64,000 nt of DNA, taken from IMG/VR virus record IMGVR_UViG_3300045988_078288. One strand, written 5' to 3'. How positions within the stretch are numbered: position 1 is the stretch's first letter; the number at the start of each line of letters is the position of its first letter. A model generated the notes under the pieces. It was given only the letters and a program-made list of their open reading frames with translations, was not told where the DNA came from and did no database searches. Below, piece after piece: positions 52,686 through 62,521 of this stretch. The translations under genes and the position numbers were made by a program. Origin of the DNA: a virus.

Positions 52686-53444
52686 ATGGAGTCACAGGAA
52701 TACGCACTTAATAGAACCAAAGCGCAGATAGCCTGCGAGTCGCGCGTACAGAAGCGACTGTTTAAAGTTGCCCGTGAGATAGCGTCGCTCGCTTCCAAAT
52801 ATAGGAGGGGAGCGACACTGACAAACGAGAATGGGTTTATTGCGGCCTCACAGCGCATTGCGTTAGGCGTTGCTGACGGAATAGAAAGTGACATCGCCGT
52901 CTGCGCAAAGACCGCGTGCTCGATATTGAATATCGGCACGGAGAGCACGGAAGCCTTTCTTGTGTCAAAGGTGTTCGGCAGGACATCAATGGAGCGAACC
53001 ACCAGTTATCTGAAAAACTTTGCGGAGGACATGGTGCGTATGTGCAAGGCGGGCGTATTGATGAAATACACCGACTCGCAGCTTCTGTCCGCGATACGTA
53101 CTGGATATAAAGATCCGTACACCACATCCGTAATCACGAAGGCAAGAAAGGAGGATATAAACATCGCCACGCCTTCATACGGCAAGGGCATATTTCATTC
53201 GGCGTATCAGAACATCGTCCGCAACGCGCGGCAAATGGTCGCCGTCGCATGGGGCAGAGCCGAACAGCAGTACGGCAAGGAGCACGGGGCGATAGGCTAC
53301 TACATCTTTCGAGGAAGTTCGTATCCATGCGCGCACTGCGATGATGAGACGACGTATCTGCACCACTTCGGAGATCCGTTTCCACCGCTGCACTACCGGT
53401 GCTTTTGCTATGTTAAATTTGTTTACGAAAAAGAGGAGGAGTAA
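52686..53444 (+). CDS. head morphogenesis protein (SPP1 gp7 / Mu F-like)
   Basis: 252 aa. The C-terminal FPPLHYRCFCY matches the PP.HPNCRC signature. Confidence 0.7.
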   Translation: MESQEYALNRTKAQIACESRVQKRLFKVAREIASLASKYRRGATLTNENGFIAASQRIALGVADGIESDIAVCAKTACSILNIGTESTEAFLVSKVFGRTSMERTTSYLKNFAEDMVRMCKAGVLMKYTDSQLLSAIRTGYKDPYTTSVITKARKEDINIATPSYGKGIFHSAYQNIVRNARQMVAVAWGRAEQQYGKEHGAIGYYIFRGSSYPCAHCDDETTYLHHFGDPFPPLHYRCFCYVKFVYEKEEE

Positions 53445-53446
53445 TT

Positions 53447-53956
53447 ATGTCAGAATACACATTATCAGCCTATATGTACAAGTTGAAAAAGCAGTACAAC
53501 ATGGCGGATATTTCATATCTTATATATGCCGACCTGCGTGCGGCAGGTTGGGGTAAAGGCGACGCTTGGAATGTAGCTTTCCAAGGCCAGGGCCTAAACT
53601 GGGCCAAAGCTGAACTGCTTCGCGAGATTGAGAAGCTCGAAGCACTCGACTCAGTTCAGGCGCGCATTGCGGATGTACAGGGCACAAACTCGCCGAAGAA
53701 CGACGAGATAACCGCGGAGGAACTTGCAAAGGAGACTTCAAAGGAATCCATCCTGCGCAAGCTGGTAGCTGCTGAAAAGAAAGCCAAGAAAGGCTCTCCT
53801 GACTGGCTGAAGATTGTGTCGCTTGAGGCGGACTATAACAAAATCAAGCAGGATGAGATAGATGTGGAGAACAATACGATTCACTTCCATTTACCAGTCA
53901 ACTATCCAACTTCGTGTAAAAATTGCCTTCTTTATAAAAACAAGAAAGATAAATAA
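53447..53956 (+). CDS. hypothetical protein
   Basis: 169 aa. Last gene of the plus-strand packaging operon. Confidence 0.6.
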   Translation: MSEYTLSAYMYKLKKQYNMADISYLIYADLRAAGWGKGDAWNVAFQGQGLNWAKAELLREIEKLEALDSVQARIADVQGTNSPKNDEITAEELAKETSKESILRKLVAAEKKAKKGSPDWLKIVSLEADYNKIKQDEIDVENNTIHFHLPVNYPTSCKNCLLYKNKKDK

Positions 53957-53959
53957 ATA

Positions 53960-54004
53960 CAGAAATAGCCTCGCAGTAATTTCTTTGCTGCAAGGCTATT
54001 TCTG
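53960..54004. terminator. bidirectional terminator between convergent operons
   Basis: CAGAAATAGCCTCGCAG pairs with CTGCAAGGCTATTTCTG (one mismatch) with T-rich flanks. Confidence 0.65.
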
Positions 54005-54007
54005 TTT

Positions 54008-54196
54008 CTACTTGTACTTCTTGCCGGCAACCTTTTCAAGCGTTGCCACAAACGTTTCTTCAATCAAACTGTCATTGAAGGTCGGCAGAAAAACCTCTTC
54101 TGGAAGTGCCTTTCTTTCTGCCGTCTCCATGATGATACGCAGGCCCATTTCGAGAGCATACTTATCTTCGATGATTTTAATGATACACTCTTCCAT
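54008..54196 (-). CDS. hypothetical protein
   Basis: 62 aa, acidic. Confidence 0.45.
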   Translation of the reverse strand: MEECIIKIIEDKYALEMGLRIIMETAERKALPEEVFLPTFNDSLIEETFVATLEKVAGKKYK

Positions 54197-54208
54197 AACT
54201 ATCTCTGT

Positions 54209-55777
54209 TTACTCTTCTTTCTTTGCAGGCAGGTCGTCCTTGATAAAGCTGTATTCCTGCGTCTCTTCCGCGCTCTTCATGTTGGATATGAGGAAGTGCT
54301 CCGCAAGGTCTGCTTCCGTGATGCCGTATGTCTCGTAGATAACTCCGCTTGGCGTGCGCTTCTTGTAGAACTTGCAGGAGTTCCACATCACTCTGCCAAA
54401 CTTCTGCTGTGATGGTATCTCCTTTTCCTCAAGATTGTTATCCTCACAGAACTGTCTGAAGCTGTCATACAGCGTCTTAGCGTTTATCCAAACTGGTATC
54501 TCGCCCTTCGTTCCCTTGTCACAGCGTATCTCATACGCCTTTAGCCATGCCAGCACGGGCTGTGTGCCGAGATATGAAAGAATGAGCTGCTTGCGCGAAC
54601 CTTCCGCAGACGGAAACTGAAACTTACGCTCTCTCAACATACGCTCGCCTTTAAGAACCCAGTTGAACACACCTGAAAGCTCCTCCTTGATAATCTCCGC
54701 CGCAAGACGCGGATTCTGCTTCTCCTTGGGGATTGTAACGTCGAAGCTGACATACTGCAAGCGTCTGATAAAGCCGAGCGTGACATCCTCGGGGAACGGA
54801 AGCTCGTTGAGATTGAAGATGAGGTATGGAAGGCTCTTTGACTCCAGTACGTTCTCGCCCAGCTTTCTGTACGGTACGGGCTCTCCGCTCACAAGCCTCT
54901 TGAACATACCAGTATTCTTGCGTCCGAACTTCTTCGGGTCGGAGTCGGAAGACCAGTTGAAGATGGCGTTACGGATAGGGTAGCGCCCTCTCATGCCCTC
55001 GTCACCGTCAGCGGTAAGTTCCGCATAGTCCATTTTTGATATGCGGTCTTTGCCGAACAGGGCGCACATAACCTCAAATATCACACTCTTTCCGTTTGCT
55101 CCGCTACCGATAAGCATAAGGCACAGCTCTATTTTGTCGGACATTTTACCTTCATACGGATTGTATGCGTCACCGCGCTGCACCAAGCCGAGACCCATGA
55201 ACATCTGCAAGATGTCACGCGAGTCCTTGTCTGGCAGCACATCAAGCAGAAATCTCTCCCATTTCTTGCACTTCGCTTTCGGATCGAAGTTGTACGGATG
55301 ATAGTAAGTCACATGATAATGCGGAGAGAACGGCATCGCCGTAGGAGCCACACGCGCAAGGCCGAAGTCAACGACACCGTTGGCGAAAGCCACAACATCG
55401 AACTGCGGAACAAGCACGTTGTAGTTCTTGATGGTGTCGATGAACGACTCCTTTCTGATTGTGGAACGACCGAGCACGGGTGCTATGAACAAGTCCTCCA
55501 TAAGCAACTGGTAAGCCTGCTCCACAACAATCGGCTCCACCACCTCGTATATTTTTCCGTTGAACGTATAGAACGCTCCTGCAAAATATTTTACAGGGCA
55601 GTCCTTGGCAAGTTCCCTGATACTCTTGCAAAAGCCCACCAGGAGCCTGTTCCAGCTCTCGCTGTTCACCTTGCCCCAGTCGGTTCTGTACATACCGAAG
55701 CCGTACTTCGCGTCTGCACTCAACGCCTTCAACTGCCCGTACAGCGAATCTATCGCCTCACCACTACTTCTTTTCAT
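54209..55777 (-). CDS. P4/D5-family primase-associated SF3 NTPase (replicative helicase-like)
   Basis: 522 aa. Walker A LIGSGANGKS. D5_N-like segment upstream and a P4-primase C-terminal-like region. Confidence 0.8.
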   Translation of the reverse strand: MKRSSGEAIDSLYGQLKALSADAKYGFGMYRTDWGKVNSESWNRLLVGFCKSIRELAKDCPVKYFAGAFYTFNGKIYEVVEPIVVEQAYQLLMEDLFIAPVLGRSTIRKESFIDTIKNYNVLVPQFDVVAFANGVVDFGLARVAPTAMPFSPHYHVTYYHPYNFDPKAKCKKWERFLLDVLPDKDSRDILQMFMGLGLVQRGDAYNPYEGKMSDKIELCLMLIGSGANGKSVIFEVMCALFGKDRISKMDYAELTADGDEGMRGRYPIRNAIFNWSSDSDPKKFGRKNTGMFKRLVSGEPVPYRKLGENVLESKSLPYLIFNLNELPFPEDVTLGFIRRLQYVSFDVTIPKEKQNPRLAAEIIKEELSGVFNWVLKGERMLRERKFQFPSAEGSRKQLILSYLGTQPVLAWLKAYEIRCDKGTKGEIPVWINAKTLYDSFRQFCEDNNLEEKEIPSQQKFGRVMWNSCKFYKKRTPSGVIYETYGITEADLAEHFLISNMKSAEETQEYSFIKDDLPAKKEE

Positions 55778-56292
55778 TCTTCCTTCTCCTTGTGTTTTTC
55801 TCTAATTGTGACATCACCTCGCGTCTTTCTGACCCTGCCGCCGTGCAGATAGACGAAAGCCTTTGCACCCTCTTCGCAATACACTTCCACCTCCGCATTG
55901 TCGTACATGTTGATAAACGCTCTCGCAAGGCCGTTTACAAATACAGTCGCCTCGCAGTCATGCCTTACATATATGTCGCCGCAGCTCTTGCCGGAGTAGG
56001 TCAGTCCTGCGACGCACTCTCCGTTTAATATCACCGTCGGCTTGTCGTCCGCAAGCACGTTCTCGTCCACGTACACGCCGTGGTCGTGAATGACATCTCC
56101 GAACTCCTTCCGTATCACTTCGCATGACGGAAAGTTGTGTTCTATGCAGAAGTCAATGCCTCTGACAAACTTCTCGACAAGCTCGTCTTTCGACGTGCCG
56201 TCGGCCCATTCGTCAGTCCATTGCTGGCACAGACCCAAGCCGACCGCCTGCGACTTCATCTTAGCCGAAAGCTTCTCTACTTTTCCACCCAT
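55774..56292 (-). CDS. hypothetical protein
   Basis: 172 aa. Confidence 0.6.
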   Translation of the reverse strand: MGGKVEKLSAKMKSQAVGLGLCQQWTDEWADGTSKDELVEKFVRGIDFCIEHNFPSCEVIRKEFGDVIHDHGVYVDENVLADDKPTVILNGECVAGLTYSGKSCGDIYVRHDCEATVFVNGLARAFINMYDNAEVEVYCEEGAKAFVYLHGGRVRKTRGDVTIREKHKEKEE

Positions 56293-56708
56293 AGCTGTTC
56301 GTTGTCATGCTTTGTGTTTCGTTCTATATACTCGCTCATGGCTTTCATCTTTGCTGTCTGGTACTCCGCATCACCAACGACGGTAGTATCAACGAACATG
56401 CCGGTAAAGATAGCCTCTGCGTTCTTGCCTTCCATTCCGTGAGTGCGCCAATCGCCTTTCTCGTCACGAACCATGCCAAGCGCGTCGATTGCTTCGAACA
56501 TCGTCGTGCCGATGCCGAACTCCACCTTCCATCCGCCGCCGACCGTTTCGACGCAAATGTACGGAAGCGAGCCTCGTGTCAGATGCTTGCGGACATCCTC
56601 ACGGATACCTTCCTTGTCGCGGAGTTCCTTCAACTCCTGCTTGCTCAGACTGCGCGACTTCTTTGTAACTACAAAATTACCGCAATATAACTTCTTTCCA
56701 AAATCCAT
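56277..56708 (-). CDS. hypothetical protein
   Basis: 143 aa. Confidence 0.6.
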   Translation of the reverse strand: MDFGKKLYCGNFVVTKKSRSLSKQELKELRDKEGIREDVRKHLTRGSLPYICVETVGGGWKVEFGIGTTMFEAIDALGMVRDEKGDWRTHGMEGKNAEAIFTGMFVDTTVVGDAEYQTAKMKAMSEYIERNTKHDNEQLWVEK

Positions 56709-56746
56709 ATCTATACTTATTTAGTTAAACAATGTTTTTATCCTCT

Positions 56747-57256
56747 CTAAAGGCATTTCCTTCGCCCGTATTCGCATATCAGCGTTGCGTCACATTTGTT
56801 GTCGTCTACGTTCTTGCACTTGCTTGTACGCCTAAAATCTTCGGTCGGGAACAGTCGTCTTGCGGCGTTGATGGATGTCGCCTTGTTGTCAGTGCTTTTC
56901 TTTCCGCAATAACTCTTGACAACCTTATCGTGACTTATCCAAATCTCCTTCTGCCAAGTCTTCGGAGGTACAAGATGATAGGGTATCTCAAGCGCAATCA
57001 ACAGACCTTGCAGTACTCCGAACGTTTCTCCGAACGAGAATGTGGACTTTGCTGACGAACCGAAGATGGCGTGTATCTCCTCCATACAGCACACGCAACT
57101 TTCCTCACACACCGTCTTGATGTTTTTCAGAAACAGTGCAATATCGTGATAATCGCAGTCCTGCAAGGAGCAATACTCACGCGTATCGTCAGGGTGCATT
57201 ACTGCTATGAAACCCTTTGAGCCAGGGTCTATGCCGATGTATGTCTTGTTTGCCAT
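56747..57256 (-). CDS. RuvC-like Holliday junction resolvase
   Basis: 169 aa. N-terminal YIGIDPGSKGFIAV motif. Confidence 0.7.
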   Translation of the reverse strand: MANKTYIGIDPGSKGFIAVMHPDDTREYCSLQDCDYHDIALFLKNIKTVCEESCVCCMEEIHAIFGSSAKSTFSFGETFGVLQGLLIALEIPYHLVPPKTWQKEIWISHDKVVKSYCGKKSTDNKATSINAARRLFPTEDFRRTSKCKNVDDNKCDATLICEYGRRKCL

Positions 57257-57257
57257 G

Positions 57258-57764
57258 TTATTTTACTCCTGTTGAATTAAAACCGTTGTCGCCACGCTTC
57301 TTGTCATCATTTTCTTGAATTTTGATGACACCGCTCACAAGTTCCGTGTTTGGTATCTCCACAATGCGCATCTGCGCTATCTTGGTGCCGGCTGGGATAA
57401 TAATGTTCTTTGACAGATAGCTGCCTATCCCAAAGGTTTTTACGATTGCGTTCACCTCGCCAGTGTAACCGCTGTCTATCAAGCCGATTTTCACGTCGGC
57501 ATCAATGCGGACTTCGACAAACTCTCCTTTGAAGTGCTCTCTTCGGGCGTACAAGCCCTTGGAAGACATACCGCTTCTTGGTTGTATAACTGCTGCGAGG
57601 TGTTTGGGCAGTTGCATTTTGAAGCCGAGCGGTATTGCGTAGCGCTCCCAGTCGAACACTTTTACGTCTTCCTTGGTGAACACATCATACGCCGCGTCGG
57701 CATCGTGCGCCTTTTCGGGCATCCTGCCGCCACAAAGTTCTATTACTATCTTCTCTCTTTCCAT
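57258..57764 (-). CDS. dut: dUTP diphosphatase
   Basis: 168 aa. Motifs: DAAYDVF, PRSGMSSKG, IDSGYTGEV. Confidence 0.8.
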   Translation of the reverse strand: MEREKIVIELCGGRMPEKAHDADAAYDVFTKEDVKVFDWERYAIPLGFKMQLPKHLAAVIQPRSGMSSKGLYARREHFKGEFVEVRIDADVKIGLIDSGYTGEVNAIVKTFGIGSYLSKNIIIPAGTKIAQMRIVEIPNTELVSGVIKIQENDDKKRGDNGFNSTGVK

Positions 57765-57778
57765 TTTGTTTTTGTTTA

Positions 57779-57952
57779 TTATTTCTTACCGTTCCACTTT
57801 ACAAACTCCTCACAAGCCTCATCTTCGCCCATTACGAACGTGTAGAGGTCTTTGGCGAGGCAATAGGGTGCGCTGTCTGCATCCTCGTCCGCAAACATTG
57901 CGCAGTCCTTGCACTTATAATACTCCTTGCGCTTATCTCCTTTCTTAATCAT
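57779..57952 (-). CDS. 57-aa Cys-containing (zinc-ribbon-like) protein, below track cutoff
   Basis: MIKKGDKRKEYYKCKDCAMFADEDADSAPYCLAKDLYTFVMGEDEACEEFVKWNGKK. ATGA overlap with the upstream stop. Confidence 0.45.
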   Translation of the reverse strand: MIKKGDKRKEYYKCKDCAMFADEDADSAPYCLAKDLYTFVMGEDEACEEFVKWNGKK

Positions 57953-58377
57953 AAGCTGTTCCTATTTACATGAACATTATAATCTTCCTCACTAATTTTG
58001 TAAAATTCCGCACTCTCGGAGTAATAGCCGTTACTTGTTCCAAACCATCGAATAGTGACATCCCCATGAAACGTTGCTAAATGATAAAATGTCCAAGTAT
58101 AAGTATCTTCAATACATTCTTCATCTACAGGATAGTCGTTGTTTAACTCTTCCGCTGTCAGTATTTCCTCATTCAGTAAATCAGCGAAATCGCCGCAAAT
58201 ATCATCTATATATACATTCTCGCAACAGTCTTGATTGTGCGTCATAATGTAAAATTCTCCATCAGCGGTTTTGAAAAACAAAGCATCGTTTGAGTCATAA
58301 TGGCTTCTCTCGACCTCAACGAGTGTTTTTCCTTTTAGCACATCAATGTCGCGATAGTTTTCAAATCCCAAAAACAT
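57949..58377 (-). CDS. hypothetical protein
   Basis: 142 aa. Segments HNQDCCENVYIDDICGD...TWTFYHLATFHGDVTIRWFGTSNGYYS. Confidence 0.6.
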   Translation of the reverse strand: MFLGFENYRDIDVLKGKTLVEVERSHYDSNDALFFKTADGEFYIMTHNQDCCENVYIDDICGDFADLLNEEILTAEELNNDYPVDEECIEDTYTWTFYHLATFHGDVTIRWFGTSNGYYSESAEFYKISEEDYNVHVNRNSL

Positions 58378-58394
58378 AAGCTATTCCTCCTATA

Positions 58395-58721
58395 TTAAAC
58401 CCCAAAACAAAACCAAAGCACACAAGCAACCTTCATTTTTTCTTTAGAAAGTAATTCAAAACAATCAAGGTTATAATCCTTACTGACACAAACCCTAATT
58501 TGAGGTGCAAATTGTTTTTGTTTCACAGCGATTGTATATAATGATTCGTGGGGGAAAACTGAATTTACATCCTCAACAACCGCGCACATAACCCTGCCAT
58601 CTTTTCTGACTTCCGCATAACTTTCTATTTGCTGCTTTAGCTTTCCGACAGAATTATTTAGAAAAAATTCTTTTGGCGCAAGAAAAATGTCACCAAGTTT
58701 TAATTTTTCATTTTTATCCAT
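58395..58721 (-). CDS. hypothetical protein
   Basis: 108 aa. Confidence 0.55.
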   Translation of the reverse strand: MDKNEKLKLGDIFLAPKEFFLNNSVGKLKQQIESYAEVRKDGRVMCAVVEDVNSVFPHESLYTIAVKQKQFAPQIRVCVSKDYNLDCFELLSKEKMKVACVLWFCFGV

Positions 58722-58724
58722 AAG

Positions 58725-59156
58725 CTATTCCTCCTTGTCTTTAATTTCTATAAAATCACCGACTCCCAAACGAGCGTTGTTGATACAATTACATATCCAA
58801 CCCATAAGGTATGCCTGGTGCTCATTTCTGCCGTTATACATCCTTTCCAAGTCGCACGCATCGTTGATAGACGATAGAACATGATATGCCTCATGGCAGA
58901 TATTTTTCATAGTCATATCCTTCTTCTTTGGAAAGACAACGAGATTACCGAAGTATTTCCCTGCCTTACTCATACATTCGTCATAAACCATACCTCCGTA
59001 GTTTCCTTCACTCATAGGCTCGCCGTTGTGAACAAGAGGCTCGCCTTTCATGTTGGTAAAGCATTTGTCTATTTCTTCTTCCGACGTATTGTACATCACC
59101 CAAAGTTTCCTTGGGTAAATCTGCGGTGTATATTCGTAATATCCTTTCTTCTTCAT
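58725..59156 (-). CDS. small HExxH (metallopeptidase-like) protein
   Basis: 143 aa. Motif NICHEAYHV. Confidence 0.6.
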   Translation of the reverse strand: MKKKGYYEYTPQIYPRKLWVMYNTSEEEIDKCFTNMKGEPLVHNGEPMSEGNYGGMVYDECMSKAGKYFGNLVVFPKKKDMTMKNICHEAYHVLSSINDACDLERMYNGRNEHQAYLMGWICNCINNARLGVGDFIEIKDKEE

Positions 59157-59506
59157 AATTCACGAATTAGCTTAGTTATACGCTTGTATTCCTTAATGAT
59201 TGGAGCATCAAACCATTGTGTTTTAACGATATATGTCCTACCTTGTTTTATAACTCCAACGAGTTGGGCATTACCCCAGACTCCATACAAATCTATACGA
59301 TACGCTCCCTTATCTGTAGCCACAAGATAATAGGTCTCTGTACCAAACGATTCTTTGTTACCAGACGTTTCTACGATTTTATCGACAGAGTAAACCGTAA
59401 TAGTGTCGTACAACTTACGATTGCCTCCTTGGAATCTCTGACTCCTGCTACACGATGCCAATAGCGACACCACCGCAACTAATGCAAATAATAAAAACTT
59501 CTTCAT
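59153..59506 (-). CDS. lipoprotein
   Basis: 117 aa. Signal peptide with lipobox: MKKFLLFALVAVVSLLASC. Confidence 0.65.
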   Translation of the reverse strand: MKKFLLFALVAVVSLLASCSRSQRFQGGNRKLYDTITVYSVDKIVETSGNKESFGTETYYLVATDKGAYRIDLYGVWGNAQLVGVIKQGRTYIVKTQWFDAPIIKEYKRITKLIREL

Positions 59507-59513
59507 ATCTCAA

Positions 59514-59885
59514 CTATTTTATTTTAACTATGTCAACTATTTCTATTGGCGCAATAGATTTGATATAATGATACCCTAACGGATCTGTATAGTTCAAGCT
59601 ATTCCACCCTCTCCCGACACGAACATACGGAACCCTGCATGTACGGATGTTTATGCTATCCGCTTTGTCAGGGTAATGGATAACAATGGTTGCAGAATAC
59701 CATACCGTATCGTCTTTAACAAATCCGCCGTTCTTGTATTTTTCACTTTGCCAAATAACAAAACCAAAGATTAAAACCGCTAAGGCAAAAAGTGATAAAA
59801 AACACATTTCTGCACTCCAGTCATTCAACCATCTTTTCACGTTCATATCCTCAATATTTATTTGTGCAACCTTCCGATATGCCAC
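59514..59885 (-). CDS. membrane-anchored protein
   Basis: 123 aa with one TM helix. Confidence 0.55.
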   Translation of the reverse strand: MAYRKVAQINIEDMNVKRWLNDWSAEMCFLSLFALAVLIFGFVIWQSEKYKNGGFVKDDTVWYSATIVIHYPDKADSINIRTCRVPYVRVGRGWNSLNYTDPLGYHYIKSIAPIEIVDIVKIK

Positions 59886-60082
59886 TTAGAGCACAGTTCG
59901 CAGAAATACGGACGTTCTCCCATTGTTTTCAGCTTCGGGTTCTGCTCAAGAAACTCCCATGCCTCATCCTCGGTATCGTAGCCAATCTTCTGCTTCCACG
60001 AGTTCCCCTTGCGAGTCCAATGTCTTGCGTCGGGATGCAGGGTGGAGTAGGGTGCTTTGTTGCGGTATCTGTTTTTGCTCAT
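59858..60082 (-). CDS. hypothetical protein
   Basis: Start set at 60082, where the ATG overlaps the methyltransferase TGA. Contains C..C near the C-terminus. Confidence 0.5.
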   Translation of the reverse strand: MSKNRYRNKAPYSTLHPDARHWTRKGNSWKQKIGYDTEDEAWEFLEQNPKLKTMGERPYFCELCSKWHIGRLHK

Positions 60083-60684
60083 ATCCATTTTACGGTTGTT
60101 TCTCCGTTGTAACCTTTCTGCCATACAAACCATGCGTAGCTGACTGCACTACCGCCACCATTGCGCATTGCAGCGAACTTGCCGTTCTTTGCGCACAGCA
60201 CTCTCTTTGAGAATTGCAGTACATACTTAGGCGGCGTGTTCTTATAGAGACTCTCGTAGCGTTTCTGACCCTCCAGGAATGTTGTCTTGAGAAACATCAC
60301 ACACAAGCCTCCGTTAGGAAGCAAGCCAAGCGAGTGCAGCACGAACTCCGATGCGTACTTGTAGGGTGGGTTGGTCAGTATGCACTTGCAGCTGTCGGGC
60401 ATCGTATCCGCTTTAAAGAAGTCCTGCACATCGCCGTACCCCCGGTCTATAAGGTCGGTGCTCACGACATCGTGCCCGAACTCAATAAGACGCTCTGACA
60501 AGCATCCAGTACCACAAGCGCACTCCCAAATCTTCTTCGGCAGCTCGAAGTTGCGGACAAGTCTGTCAATCGCAACAGGGCTCGTAGCGTAGAAATCGTG
60601 CTCCTCACGCTCCTTGTCCGTGTGATTGCTCGCACCGATTGTTATGAAGGTGCTCTTGCCGTTTCCGCTCCAGTCCTTAGTCAT
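60079..60684 (-). CDS. orphan DNA N6-adenine methyltransferase
   Basis: 201 aa. SAM-binding ECACGTG and catalytic NPPY (ILTNPPYKY). No adjacent nuclease. Confidence 0.75.
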   Translation of the reverse strand: MTKDWSGNGKSTFITIGASNHTDKEREEHDFYATSPVAIDRLVRNFELPKKIWECACGTGCLSERLIEFGHDVVSTDLIDRGYGDVQDFFKADTMPDSCKCILTNPPYKYASEFVLHSLGLLPNGGLCVMFLKTTFLEGQKRYESLYKNTPPKYVLQFSKRVLCAKNGKFAAMRNGGGSAVSYAWFVWQKGYNGETTVKWI

Positions 60685-61484
60685 TACTCAACTTGTTTGT
60701 AACCCAAATTATTAAGTGTCCTGCGGATAAAATCCATTCCCTTTTGATAGACGAGTGTCTTGATGCTAATTTTCACACCGTCATGCGTCGTGTATTTCTG
60801 TTCTATCGTGCGGAAATATCCACAGTCAACATACTTCTGATATGGGAGATTGTTCCACATGAGTATTTTCGCGTTGCGCAGAATTTCAAACAACTTGTTT
60901 CTGCCGATATTCTTGAAGTGGAGGGTATTCGCAGCTGCCTTGATGTCGATGGCGGTCTTGCTTTCAGCCACTGCTTCAAAGAACTCTACTTTCGGCTTCT
61001 GCACCTCAAGCTGCTTCTGCTGTGCTTCTATCTGCTCCTGCTGCTTGGCAGCAAGCATAAGAGCCTGGGAAAACGTCTGCGGAACGCCCGAACTCTGACG
61101 TATCTGTTGTTCCATGGCGTTAAAGGCATTCATATACTCCAGCTTGAAAGCCAAAGCCTTCGACCCCGTAAAGCCCATAGCCAACAGAGTAAAGCCGTCC
61201 CTGTTCATCACGTAGATAGGCAGCTTCTTCACACCGCCACCAACAGGCATCGGCTGTTCCACCTCCGTAAGGGAAAACATCTTTGCAAGTTGCTGATTGT
61301 CAACGAAAAGTGTTTTTTCACTTGTCGTTGACAGTAAATTATTAATAGCCTTTAGAACATTGTGATGTTCCTTGCCAAACTTCTCTGCAACAATCACACT
61401 TGTCGTCAGAGCCTGATTATCGTTACTTCTAAATACAATCTCTTGCATATTATTAGATTTTAAGTTGCAATTACTTTTTGTCAT
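60684..61484 (-). CDS. Rha-family regulator with KilAC antirepressor domain
   Basis: 266 aa. Rha-like N-terminus (LTTSVIVAEKFGKEHHNVLKAI) and KilAC-like C-terminus (IGRNKLFEILRNAKILM...GYFRTIE). Confidence 0.7.
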   Translation of the reverse strand: MTKSNCNLKSNNMQEIVFRSNDNQALTTSVIVAEKFGKEHHNVLKAINNLLSTTSEKTLFVDNQQLAKMFSLTEVEQPMPVGGGVKKLPIYVMNRDGFTLLAMGFTGSKALAFKLEYMNAFNAMEQQIRQSSGVPQTFSQALMLAAKQQEQIEAQQKQLEVQKPKVEFFEAVAESKTAIDIKAAANTLHFKNIGRNKLFEILRNAKILMWNNLPYQKYVDCGYFRTIEQKYTTHDGVKISIKTLVYQKGMDFIRRTLNNLGYKQVE

Positions 61485-61695
61485 TTATTGTTTCCACTCG
61501 CAGCTTGATATGTTCAGCCGAACCATACCAGGTGTATCTCTCCACGGCTGAAGCATTTTCTGCTGCTTCAATGGAGTTTTTGAGTGCTTCACACGCCTCT
61601 TTGTCCGAAAGCCCCATGTTTCTTGTAGCACTAAGGAATAGTTTGGCAAATGCTTCTATTCCGCTTTCTTCGGGGTCTAAAACAATCTTCGCCAT
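61471..61695 (-). CDS. hypothetical protein
   Basis: Start set at 61695 (MAKIVLDPEES...), 1 nt after the upstream stop. Confidence 0.5.
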   Translation of the reverse strand: MAKIVLDPEESGIEAFAKLFLSATRNMGLSDKEACEALKNSIEAAENASAVERYTWYGSAEHIKLRVETINDKK

Positions 61696-61696
61696 A

Positions 61697-62488
61697 TTAC
61701 TTCCTTGTCTTGTCAAGTTCCATAATCGTAAGTATCGCATAGTTCGCAAGGTCAAGCAATGAGTCTCTCATACTCTCGTCCTTCACCTTCGCCTCGTCAG
61801 ACATCAGAGACTTCACGCGCTTTAGCTTCTCGGACAGGTGCCCGTAGGCGTATGTCATACCGCACTCCGCAAACAATTCCGAGAAGCTATTGCCGTAGTC
61901 GTGATTCTTCGCCTTGAAGGTGTCGTACATGCCGTTGGTAATGTCGCGGAACGCATCGGCATCTCCAGTTGGCTGTTCAGTAAACGCGGAAAGCTTTGAA
62001 AGAACGTCAATCGGATCAAGGGAACATCCGTAATGCTCCATACGGTATTTTTTTCCGCCGCTGCGACTGCCACCACAAATAAAGTTGTACGCCCAGTCGT
62101 TCTTCGGGTTCTCTGTACTGAAAATATGGCAGAGATTAGCGTCGATGGCACGTCTTCCGTGTTGCATCACGTCGCCCAGGGATATGTAGAGCGGTTTCTT
62201 CCCGAGCGCATCGCTGCGCACCTTGATGTACTCGCCGACCCATGCGCAATGCGGGTCTTTCTTGTCAGCGGAGCTTATCAGCTTCGGACCGCCGCACACC
62301 TCGAAAAGCGGTACTTTGGGCGTTACATAGTTTTTGTCTCCGTGCGGAGTTTTCAGCGTTGTCAGATACTGGATGGATTCACACATATCCGTGGCAAGAC
62401 AAAAGCTCGCCACTTGATACTTCCTCCTGATTATATCGTTGGGCATCCTAAACTTCAAGCCCTCCTTTATGTCCTCTCTGTTAATCAT
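61697..62488 (-). CDS. two-domain protein: N-terminal domain paralogous to 62522..62872, C-terminal DUF1599-like
   Basis: 263 aa. The C-terminal KNHDYGNSFSELFAECGMTYAYGHLSEKLKRVKSL resembles DUF1599. Confidence 0.65.
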   Translation of the reverse strand: MINREDIKEGLKFRMPNDIIRRKYQVASFCLATDMCESIQYLTTLKTPHGDKNYVTPKVPLFEVCGGPKLISSADKKDPHCAWVGEYIKVRSDALGKKPLYISLGDVMQHGRRAIDANLCHIFSTENPKNDWAYNFICGGSRSGGKKYRMEHYGCSLDPIDVLSKLSAFTEQPTGDADAFRDITNGMYDTFKAKNHDYGNSFSELFAECGMTYAYGHLSEKLKRVKSLMSDEAKVKDESMRDSLLDLANYAILTIMELDKTRK

Positions 62489-62521
62489 TGTTACTACTCC
62501 TTTCTTTGATTCAACCTTTTT

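Noticed and set aside
54372-55852. Plus-strand ORFs antisense to the primase/NTPase gene.
   Set aside because: They are shadows of a 522-aa gene that has a Walker A motif.
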